Below, piece by piece: positions 41,849 to 49,849 of a DNA stretch of 64,000 nucleotides. Both the position numbers and the translations under genes were made by a program. Numbering within the stretch: position 1 is the first letter of the stretch; the number at the start of each line of letters is the position of its first letter. The notes below the pieces were generated by a model, which searched no databases, was not told the DNA's origin, and saw nothing but the letters and a program-made list of their open reading frames with translations. This stretch comes from Nitrospirales bacterium (GTDB lineage: Bacteria; Nitrospirota; Nitrospiria; Nitrospirales; UBA8639), in contig JAJDBQ010000171.1 of NCBI GenBank assembly GCA_029261255.1, forward strand, positions 1,705 to 65,704, read 5' to 3'.

Positions 41849-43219
41849 GTGACAACTCAACAATCGCAACGATTTCTTTTCTCACTTCTCATTTCTTTTC
41901 TCGTTCTTCATATTTTTCCTCAGAGAGTCTTGGCTGATGGGTTTCGCGTATTAGACCAAAGTGCTGCCGCGACGGGGCAAGGAGCCGCCGTCTCCGCTCA
42001 GGCGGATGATGCCGCCGCAGTTCATTATAACCCAGCAGGCCTGACACAGTTGAGGGGCATCCATCTTTCAACCGGGACTCTGATCATCGGAGGTCACACC
42101 ACGTTTAAAAGTGACTCAGGCGCCACTGTCAGAGGTGATTTAGGGAAAGGCTTTGCGAATCCACCTCCCAGTACATTCTATTTAACGACCGACCTTCCAT
42201 CCCTTGGGTTGACTCAACTTCCAAATTGGCGTGTTGGTTTCGGCGTGAACTCCCCTTTTGCGCTAGAGGCCAATTACCCCGACAATAGCGCGATTTCTCC
42301 TGTGGCAACCAGTGCAGCGATCCCCCTGCTCAACTTCAAGCCCACAGTTGCCTATGAAGTCAACACGTATGTGTCTATTGGCGCAGGGCTGGATATCTAT
42401 ACCTTTTCAAGTTTAGTCGGCGAAGGTCATGCAGAAATTCGGCAAACGGCTGCGCCTGGTAATCCATTTGGTCCAGCCGGAACGAGCATTGAAGTCAATG
42501 GGAAAGATACCGCCATAGGATTTAATGCCAGTCTTCTGTGGACTCCGTTCAGAAATTCTAATGACCAACCCCTTATCAATCTCGGCTTTGTCTACCGACA
42601 TGGCGTTGATCTGAATCTCAAAGGAGACTTTATTGTCGGAGGGTCAAAGCTGGCCACTGCAAAGTCCACCCTGGAACTTCCCAATGTCTATACCTGGGCC
42701 ATCGCTGGCTGGCCTATTCGAAATAGCGCACGTGAATGGAAAGTCGAAGTCGACGTGGAATTCGCCGATTGGTCAGACTTTGAGAATCTTGATGTTGAAC
42801 TTTCTAATGGGATAACCATTCCCCAACGCCGTAACCGTGATGATGCATGGATCATCATGGTAGGCACTGAATATACTGAAATCTCCCCAGCGTACCTCCC
42901 TGATTGGGATATCTCTGTCCGGGCCGGATATGTCCGATCAGGAACCCCCGTACCAAGTCAAACAGTCGAGCCCGCTAATCCTGATAGTATCTTTAATGCC
43001 TTTTCTGTGGGCTTAGGATTTCATTGTCATGGAAGTGCGAAATTCTTGGGATTTATCCCATGCACCGCCTTTGGAACAAAATCTCTTGGATTGGATCTCG
43101 CCTATCAAGCAGTGCTATACCAAGCCCGTGGAGTGAACAACAACCAGCAATCTATACTCAATGGAGAGTGGGATACTATTTTCAAGGTAGGTGCCATATC
43201 GCTCAACGCTGAGTTTTAA
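41849..43219 (+). CDS. FadL/OmpP1 family outer-membrane hydrophobic-compound transporter
   Basis: GTG start after GAGGAG, signal peptide, DGF..Q.A...G.G.A..AQADD..A..YNPAGL hatch motif, C-terminal Phe. Confidence 0.88.
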   Translation: MTTQQSQRFLFSLLISFLVLHIFPQRVLADGFRVLDQSAAATGQGAAVSAQADDAAAVHYNPAGLTQLRGIHLSTGTLIIGGHTTFKSDSGATVRGDLGKGFANPPPSTFYLTTDLPSLGLTQLPNWRVGFGVNSPFALEANYPDNSAISPVATSAAIPLLNFKPTVAYEVNTYVSIGAGLDIYTFSSLVGEGHAEIRQTAAPGNPFGPAGTSIEVNGKDTAIGFNASLLWTPFRNSNDQPLINLGFVYRHGVDLNLKGDFIVGGSKLATAKSTLELPNVYTWAIAGWPIRNSAREWKVEVDVEFADWSDFENLDVELSNGITIPQRRNRDDAWIIMVGTEYTEISPAYLPDWDISVRAGYVRSGTPVPSQTVEPANPDSIFNAFSVGLGFHCHGSAKFLGFIPCTAFGTKSLGLDLAYQAVLYQARGVNNNQQSILNGEWDTIFKVGAISLNAEF

Positions 43220-43299
43220 CCCCATTCTTTCCAAGAAATTCCTGCCCTACTTCACCATTGTAGGCTTTTCGAGTACAGTGCCTTGATCAAGGCCCTGTC

Positions 43300-45639
43300 A
43301 TGACGCAACTCCTTCCCCACACACATCGCATACTAGAGCGACCCTCTATGGACTACCGCCCCTTCGGGAGCGATTCCGACGGTCGAACGATCCAAGATGT
43401 CAGCGGCATTACCGTTCGCGCCAATCTGGAATATCTGAAAATTCTGGTCACTCGGCAACATGGTGCCGAGGCTGCTCACACCACACTAGAAAAGCTTATA
43501 CGTCTCCTCAATGAACGAATACCAGACCGGACCTACCATGTGACCGTCGATTTTCTGAAAAATCCGTGGAATAGTTATTCGTATGAATTTGTGATGTTCT
43601 TGGCAGAATTCTCAATCCAGCTCTCCGAACAACCTGACTACCATTTCAACATGGGACGGGAACAGTTTTTATCTCCTATCGTGCAAATCCTTGGTCGTCC
43701 TTTTTCGATCGTACAAATTTATCGACTGTTTCCATACTTCGCAGAAAAATTTACTAAAGGATCTCTTCACACCGAAGTCATCTCCGTCACAAATGGTCAT
43801 GCGGTCATGCGCATGCAATTTTCTGAGTCGTCCTTAGCACAATTTGGCCCCTATCTCCGAGGTTGTGCCGAACGAGTGTGTCAGACAACAAAAGCGACGA
43901 TCTCTCAAGTCCCCGCCAGTATGTTTGGTCAAGAGCCAGCCACCATCCAAGACACCTGCTGTATCGCTGAGGGAGCTCCCTATTGCGAATGGACTTTTAG
44001 ATGGACTCCACAAACCCCACCCCTCTCGATATGGGTGTTAGGAGCCGTCGCCCTCAGCCTTCTGACCCTCGGCCTGACCATCACGTTTGTCCCGCATTAT
44101 CCTTGGTGGGGCCACGCTGGGCTCTCCCTTTTCCCACTGATGATCATCCCATTAATGGGACGAATCTGGACCGATCGGAAAGAACTCGAAGAACGTGGCA
44201 CCATCATTCAAGAACAATTAGCCTCGGCAGAACAACAGCATGAAGAACTGCGAAAAGCGTATCTTGAGCAAGAGCATAACCTGGTAGAAGTTCGCGGACA
44301 TGTTGACGACTTAACCGTACTCCATGAATTGACCCTCAAAATCAGTTCGACACTTGACCAGAAACGCATTATCCAAGCTGGATTGCAGGCCGTTGCTCAG
44401 TCCGTTCGCTATGACCATGCCTGGATCGCGCTATGGAATGAAACACGCCAACAGTTTGAAGCGATCGACACCTATGGAGGGCCCCAGGCGTGGGGCTCCA
44501 AACTTCAGAATGTGACAATTCCCGCTACAGCTCACGATCTCCTCTATGAAACCCTTCATGCGCCAACACCGATTGTTATTGATGATGTCCAACGAATTCT
44601 CGAGCAGACTCATCCCAGCACCGGACGAATCCTCACCGAGGGAAAACTCCAGAATGGGATCGCACTCGCCCTGAATAGTCCCAATCAGTCGTTGGGTGTG
44701 CTGGTAGCTGGACATCACGCAACGAAGTCGCTCACTATTTCTGAAAAAAACTTACTTTCGACAATTGCGCACCAACTGGCCATTGCCCTGGATACCGCTC
44801 TGGCTTATGACGAAATTGAGGCGCTCAACCTCGGGCTAGAAACCAAAGTCCAAGAACGGACAACTGCACTCCAACAGGCCAATCAGGATCTTGAAACAGC
44901 TAATACCCGGCTCCAGGAGCTCGATCGGATGAAATCGCAATTCCTTGCCCATTGCTCTCATGAATTGCGCACTCCACTGACATCGATCAAAGGGTTCACA
45001 GAAAATATGTTGCTTGGGATGGTCGGACCCGTGGCAGAGCGCCAACATCTGTACCTCACGAGAATCAGTGCCAATGCCAATCGGCTCACACGAATGATTG
45101 GCGACCTGTTAGATCTTTCCCGCATTGAAGCTGGGACCATTCGACTCGACCTTCAATCTGTTGCGCTGCCAGCTCTTCTGGAAGACGTGACTCAAGAAAT
45201 CATGCCCTTGACCCAAACAAAGCACCAAGAATTGCAAATAGACACCACGGGAGAAGATTTAACGATCTGGGGAGATCCGGATCGTCTTCACCAAATTGTG
45301 ACAAACATCCTCCATAATGCGCATAAATTCACCCCAAACCATGGACAGATACGAATGACCGTCCGCCAGGACCCGCCAAATCATATTCTCCTTTCCATCG
45401 CTGACAATGGACCGGGCATTCCTCAAGAGGCACTATCCAACCTCTTTCAACCCTTCTATCAGGCTCACCGAACACCAGAAATTGGAACACAAGGTTTGGG
45501 GTTAGGACTCTCAATCGTGAAACAATTAGTCGAACTGCATGAAGGAAACATCACTGCAGAAAGCACGGTTGGCGTGGGAACCACGTTCCACATTCAATTT
45601 CCGAGAGTAGCACCTTCGACTTCTTCGCAATCATTCTGA
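43300..45639 (+). CDS. Sensor histidine kinase: V4R/H-NOX-like N-terminal domain, 2 TM, GAF, HisKA, HATPase
   Basis: C..T...CCIAEGAPYCEWTFRW V4R-like Cys pattern; SHELRTPLT H-box; NAHKFT, DNGPGI, GLGLGL boxes. Confidence 0.85.
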   Translation: MTQLLPHTHRILERPSMDYRPFGSDSDGRTIQDVSGITVRANLEYLKILVTRQHGAEAAHTTLEKLIRLLNERIPDRTYHVTVDFLKNPWNSYSYEFVMFLAEFSIQLSEQPDYHFNMGREQFLSPIVQILGRPFSIVQIYRLFPYFAEKFTKGSLHTEVISVTNGHAVMRMQFSESSLAQFGPYLRGCAERVCQTTKATISQVPASMFGQEPATIQDTCCIAEGAPYCEWTFRWTPQTPPLSIWVLGAVALSLLTLGLTITFVPHYPWWGHAGLSLFPLMIIPLMGRIWTDRKELEERGTIIQEQLASAEQQHEELRKAYLEQEHNLVEVRGHVDDLTVLHELTLKISSTLDQKRIIQAGLQAVAQSVRYDHAWIALWNETRQQFEAIDTYGGPQAWGSKLQNVTIPATAHDLLYETLHAPTPIVIDDVQRILEQTHPSTGRILTEGKLQNGIALALNSPNQSLGVLVAGHHATKSLTISEKNLLSTIAHQLAIALDTALAYDEIEALNLGLETKVQERTTALQQANQDLETANTRLQELDRMKSQFLAHCSHELRTPLTSIKGFTENMLLGMVGPVAERQHLYLTRISANANRLTRMIGDLLDLSRIEAGTIRLDLQSVALPALLEDVTQEIMPLTQTKHQELQIDTTGEDLTIWGDPDRLHQIVTNILHNAHKFTPNHGQIRMTVRQDPPNHILLSIADNGPGIPQEALSNLFQPFYQAHRTPEIGTQGLGLGLSIVKQLVELHEGNITAESTVGVGTTFHIQFPRVAPSTSSQSF

Positions 45640-45772
45640 CATCACGCCCCAGCCATCCTTACGTCGGCTTTCGACTCACCTCATTACAGAAAATTTCCCA
45701 TACAGGTCGTGTTGAATAATGACGATCTCCCTGGGAAAATACGCCTTCAGCATCCCTAAACATAAAAGGCTT

Positions 45773-45896
45773 CGGGTCAGTTCAATAAAGTTCGTCCAGC
45801 AAGGCCGCAGCCAAATTCAGGCGCGGAGCGTACCTTTCGTATGTGAGCACCGGAATTTGGCGAGGACGCAGCTGGCGGCTTTTTTCAACTGACCCG
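45773..45896 (+). repeat. Dispersed ~120-bp structured palindromic repeat (MITE/REP-like), copy 1
   Basis: Terminal inverted repeats CGGGTCAGTTCAATAAAG / CTTTTTTCAACTGACCCG; core shared with 59254..59374 and 61555..61610. Confidence 0.8.
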
Positions 45897-45972
45897 TACG
45901 GAAATGATTGCCGTGCACTGAACTTTTTGCCGTGCCATTTTGACCGCCCAGGCAAAAATTTCCGCAAAACTC

Positions 45973-45999
45973 TCATGATTTTCGCATGTCTGCCGATAA
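45973..45999 (+). promoter_or_regulatory. Putative sigma28 promoter
   Basis: TCAT(G)-N15-GCCGATAA with a perfect -10 element. Confidence 0.6.
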
Positions 46000-46043
46000 A
46001 CCTGAACAGAATTACTTACACACTTTTTTAAGGAGGTGATCTC

Positions 46044-46130
46044 ATGGCTAAAGTTGCCAAAAAGAAACCAGCAAAAAAAGCAACTGTTCGTGCGAAGAAA
46101 GCTGCGCCGAAGAAAAAAACGTCACGATAG
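46044..46130 (+). CDS. 28-aa Lys/Ala-rich basic micro-protein (histone H1-like)
   Basis: Strong SD AAGGAGGTGA; MAKVAKKKPAKKATVRAKKAAPKKKTSR*; hairpin follows (about 46157-46185). Below the ORF-track cutoff. Confidence 0.72.
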   Translation: MAKVAKKKPAKKATVRAKKAAPKKKTSR

Positions 46131-46388
46131 CTTCTCCGGACGTCACAATGTGTAACTCCGGGGAGTGGATCCCTACTCTCCGGAATACACCCTTCCCTAC
46201 TCACCATTCCTTAATCCCAATCTTCTGTTACCAAACTTCGTGAAGCGTGAGTCGTAAAGCGACTCAGGCTTTTCCCTCATCCCACGCCCTACTCCCCACG
46301 CCTTACGTCTTAAATGGTTGAGTTTCCCAACTCTAATATGTGATAACGTTTCCGAACTTTGAAACCTCGAACTAGTCGAAGGAATAAC

Positions 46389-47249
46389 ATGACGATCACA
46401 GCACAAACACAGTTGTGTGGCCTTTTAGGAAACCCTGTCGACCACTCTCTTTCCCCAGCTATTCATAACGCCGCTTTTCAGGAATTAGGGCTAAATTTTG
46501 TCTATCTGGCATTCCCAGTTGAAGATGACAACCTAGAAAAGGCCATACAGGGTATTCGTGCTCTTGGACACGTTCGGGGATTCAGCGTGACCATTCCCCA
46601 TAAGGTGTCTGTTATGCCACTGCTAGATTCTGTCGAGACCACGGCCAAACACATTGGCTCGGTCAACACCATCATCAAAGACCGGGGCCTGTTAGTCGGA
46701 TCGAATACCGATGCGTCAGGCGCACTACAAGCACTGCGGCAAGGAGGCGTCGACCTCGCAGGTCAGCGAGTAGTTCTCCTTGGATCTGGCGGAGCCGCAC
46801 GGGCCATTGCATTTGGCTTATGCGTGGAGGGAAATATTGAGCATCTGACACTCCTGGGTATTGACGACAAGGAAAGAACGGCCTTAGCCACTGATCTCAG
46901 AACAAAAACTCAAATCTCGATAACCGATGATCAATTAGACGCCTCGACACTGGCTACTGCTATAGCTGAAGCTCCACTGTTAATTCATTGCACCCCTATT
47001 GGTATGCACCCCAAAGTTGAACACAGTTGCGTACCAAAGGAATTACTCCATTCTGGATTAACTGTCATGGATATCGTCTACAACCCGCTCAACACGAAAC
47101 TTCTTCAAGATGCACAAGCAGCCGGATGCCGAACCATCCAAGGCATTGAAATGTTTCTGCATCAAGCGGTCGGACAATTCGAACTCTGGACGGGCCAAAC
47201 CGCCCCAATCGACACCATGCGAAATATCCTCACCAAACATTTCTCATGA
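46389..47249 (+). CDS. aroE: Shikimate dehydrogenase
   Basis: HSLSP.IHN, SVTIPHK, NTD, GSGGAARA, DIVYNP. Confidence 0.95.
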   Translation: MTITAQTQLCGLLGNPVDHSLSPAIHNAAFQELGLNFVYLAFPVEDDNLEKAIQGIRALGHVRGFSVTIPHKVSVMPLLDSVETTAKHIGSVNTIIKDRGLLVGSNTDASGALQALRQGGVDLAGQRVVLLGSGGAARAIAFGLCVEGNIEHLTLLGIDDKERTALATDLRTKTQISITDDQLDASTLATAIAEAPLLIHCTPIGMHPKVEHSCVPKELLHSGLTVMDIVYNPLNTKLLQDAQAAGCRTIQGIEMFLHQAVGQFELWTGQTAPIDTMRNILTKHFS

Positions 47250-47752
47250 ACATCGTCTTAATTGGATACAGAGGCACCGGCAAAAGCACCGTGGCAAAAA
47301 TCTTAGGCCAACGCCTACAACGAACCGTCATATCGACCGACGCGGAAATCGTCAAAGAGGCAGGACAATCCATTCCACAAATCGTTGAGGAATCCGGCTG
47401 GGATCATTTTCGAGAATTAGAAACCCAAATGTGTCGAAAATTACAGGATCAAACAGACTTGGTCATCGACACCGGCGGGGGGCTCATCTTAAAAGAGAAG
47501 AATGCAACAATCTTAAAAGACAATGGCACGATATTTTGGCTCACAGCCGAGGTCTCAACAATCGTGAAACGCATATCGGGTGACACCCAACGCCCGTCAC
47601 TTTCCGGCACCAAGACATTCGTCGAAGAAATCGAAGACATCCTCAATGAGCGCACCCCCAAATACCAAGCTGCCGCCGATCACTCCATTCCCACAGACCA
47701 AACAACTCCACACAAGCTAGCTGACACTATTCTTTCCCTGATAGAAAAGTAG
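47246..47752 (+). CDS. aroK: Shikimate kinase
   Basis: GYRGTGKST P-loop, FRELE, TGGG, RPSL. Confidence 0.93.
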   Translation: MNIVLIGYRGTGKSTVAKILGQRLQRTVISTDAEIVKEAGQSIPQIVEESGWDHFRELETQMCRKLQDQTDLVIDTGGGLILKEKNATILKDNGTIFWLTAEVSTIVKRISGDTQRPSLSGTKTFVEEIEDILNERTPKYQAAADHSIPTDQTTPHKLADTILSLIEK

Positions 47753-47778
47753 CCTGTCCGCCAAGACTAATTTCGTAT

Positions 47779-48243
47779 ATGGAAGACATCTGGCTAAGAC
47801 CTTGGGTTATCGAATGGACCCAACATGTACTGGATAACTATGTCCACTTAGTTAAACAGGAACTCATCCCCCGAGAGGGAACCATACAAGAACAAGCAAA
47901 GCGTCTTTTTACAAGTCCGTTTGTTGTTGCATCTCATGGTCTACAAGACGATCCAATTTTAAATTATGGGAATCAGGCGGCTCTAGAGTTATGGGAGATG
48001 GATTGGGAGCAATTTACTCAAACGCCCTCACGGTTGACTGCTGAACCCATGAATCGAGAAGAACGGGCGCGCATGTTGAATCAAGCCAAAATTCAGGGAT
48101 ACATCAGCGACTACAGAGGAGTGAGAATTTCGAGCACCGGAAAACGATTTTTAGTGGAACGAGCAACAGTCTGGACTATCCAAAAACCCGATGGAACGCC
48201 CCTAGGCCAAGCAGCAACATTTTCAAGTTGGACGTTTCTATAG
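47779..48243 (+). CDS. Stand-alone MEKHLA (PAS-like) domain protein
   Basis: PFVVASHG...DPILNYGN.AALELWEM.W..F...PSRLTAE; YRGVRISSTGKRF. Confidence 0.88.
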   Translation: MEDIWLRPWVIEWTQHVLDNYVHLVKQELIPREGTIQEQAKRLFTSPFVVASHGLQDDPILNYGNQAALELWEMDWEQFTQTPSRLTAEPMNREERARMLNQAKIQGYISDYRGVRISSTGKRFLVERATVWTIQKPDGTPLGQAATFSSWTFL

Positions 48244-48350
48244 CCTGAATTTTTAGAACTTTTTAATAAGACTCAACTAAGTTAGAAAAATTCTCACAGC
48301 AATCATCCGCATGTAACACGACGCCGGAGTCGGTTACATTTCTGAGGGTG

Positions 48351-48656
48351 TTAGAGTTCAGTGATTTGCACTTTTCCCACCGGGTCCGTTGAGAATGCCT
48401 CTGCGAATTCAACCACATCCTGAAGTGATTCATCTGGGTGGCTCGTTGTAACAATGAAACGCTCAGAATTCGAGCCATCTCCCACAATAAGCTCATCGAT
48501 GATGTCTTCTATTTTTTCGCAGTCCTTTCCTATAACGGCAACCAACGCGACTCCGTCTTCTAGGAAATCCTCAACCATTTTGTCCAGCGCTAGTTTGTAC
48601 CCAAATGGACATCTCAAGACGACCTTCTTCTCGTAAGCCACTAAGTTGAACCCCAA
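48351..48656 (-). CDS. Hypothetical acidic protein (cassette-like)
   Basis: KVVL...VAVIGKDCEKIEDIIDELIVGDG...TTSHPDESL; likely GTG start about 48641; stop overlaps CTCTAAC. Confidence 0.65.
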   Translation of the reverse strand: MGFNLVAYEKKVVLRCPFGYKLALDKMVEDFLEDGVALVAVIGKDCEKIEDIIDELIVGDGSNSERFIVTTSHPDESLQDVVEFAEAFSTDPVGKVQITEL

Positions 48657-48784
48657 CTAGTAATTAAATTGGTCAGTATTCATTTTTCTCCGACGTAATA
48701 TATCCTACCTGTAGACCAACCTTATGCAAGAGGTGGGGGCATCCATGTAACACTATGCAGTATTCTGTTACTAATTTGGCTGCT

Positions 48785-49261
48785 TTACGTATTATCACTT
48801 GCCCTTTTTTCTTTGCATTCGTCCGCCCAATCTTGATCATCTTCGCTGCTGGCGGCGGCCAAAATCCCAAACAGAAACATGACAAAATCCCTACTGGTTT
48901 GATCTAAATCTGGTTGTTTTCGTACATAGTCTAATCCATTCACAAAACTACGCATGTGAGGTGAATCAAGAAAACCGTCGCCAATTTTGAAAAGCTCTGC
49001 AAGCCGAGCTCGTTCCGGGAACTGTTCGGCGGGATAAAATAAGTCATTCCACCCATCAACACCCAACTTCCACAATAACTCGAAAACCTTCATGCAATCT
49101 TGTTTATAGTCAGCGAGGGCTTCGCCTTCCAAATCCTTGCTATTTTCATCACCTGGTAGGGGGAATAGCTCCAGATCATCCACTGTGGCTTTTAAGCGTT
49201 TAAATAGTTCTTCTTCTGTCAGAACCTTCGGTGTAGAGGTTATTCCATTCTCGTCAACCAT
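48785..49261 (-). CDS. Hypothetical acidic alpha-helical protein
   Basis: AGGAG SD before ATG 49261 (ORF track extends it to 49315); no recognisable motif. Confidence 0.6.
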   Translation of the reverse strand: MVDENGITSTPKVLTEEELFKRLKATVDDLELFPLPGDENSKDLEGEALADYKQDCMKVFELLWKLGVDGWNDLFYPAEQFPERARLAELFKIGDGFLDSPHMRSFVNGLDYVRKQPDLDQTSRDFVMFLFGILAAASSEDDQDWADECKEKRASDNT

Positions 49262-49619
49262 GCGCACTCCTATTCTTTTGCTCAATGACGATGTTCCCAT
49301 TTCCTGATTCATCATCTAACATCATTTTTGAAGGCCCATGTAACAGAATGGGCCATAGCGTTACATTTTCAAGGAATCTCTGGCTTTTAACGAAATAAAA
49401 GTTGCTTCAAATCAATACCTTATAAATTCACTATGTTTGATGATGATGGCCAAAATCAAACCGTTCGCCTAAGCGAAGTGTTACATGATCCCCATTTTTT
49501 GTCATCTCATTTGTCCATCAGTTTGATTAACTCCTAGGCTCCTCTGCTAAAGCTTTAAGCACTTCCCAACGACCGACGCCTGCTGTCCGGCTCTCGGGAT
49601 GAACGCTCTTATATATCTA

Positions 49620-49760
49620 GCGGGCCTTGTCTGAGACCAGCGAGTTGGTCCGCCCTCCTCCCTGCGTTTATCCTCTTTAATCTGGTCGGGTTGGGCGTCA
49701 ATGGTTTTGTCCACTTTTGCCGAAACAAAAGTGGATCGGCTGCCGGGCCGAAACCCGGCC
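49620..49760 (+). repeat. Structured intergenic element with twin CCGAAA-loop hairpins
   Basis: TCCACTTTTG-CCGAAA-CAAAAGTGGA (49710-49735) and GCCGGG-CCGAAA-CCCGGC (49742-49759); also GACCA-GCGAGT-TGGTC upstream. Confidence 0.55.
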
Positions 49761-49849
49761 CTACGTCCCTTGCCTCAACGATTTTATCTAGGCTATGGTG
49801 GATACGCATTGCTTCAGACCTTTTACTTACTGACTGAATTGAGAAATTT

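Larger units (their letters stand above)
48311..49486. repeat. Three 29-bp palindromic sites ATGTAAC-N15-GTTAC (48311-48339, 48745-48773, 49338-49366) plus a half-site (49476-49486)
   Basis: Read directly from the sequence; identical spacing in all three, and the full motif was not noticed elsewhere in the window. Confidence 0.8.

Noticed and set aside
45782-45976. Small ORFs overlapping the dispersed repeat (also 59204-59398, 59234-59491, 61482-61697)
   Set aside because: They are translations of the repeat element, with no SD or independent coding evidence.
48276-48647. 8-bp direct repeat ACTAAGTT flanking site A and the 101-aa gene as a target-site duplication
   Set aside because: The second copy overlaps the likely gene start, there are no associated transposon ends, and the repeat is short and AT-rich.
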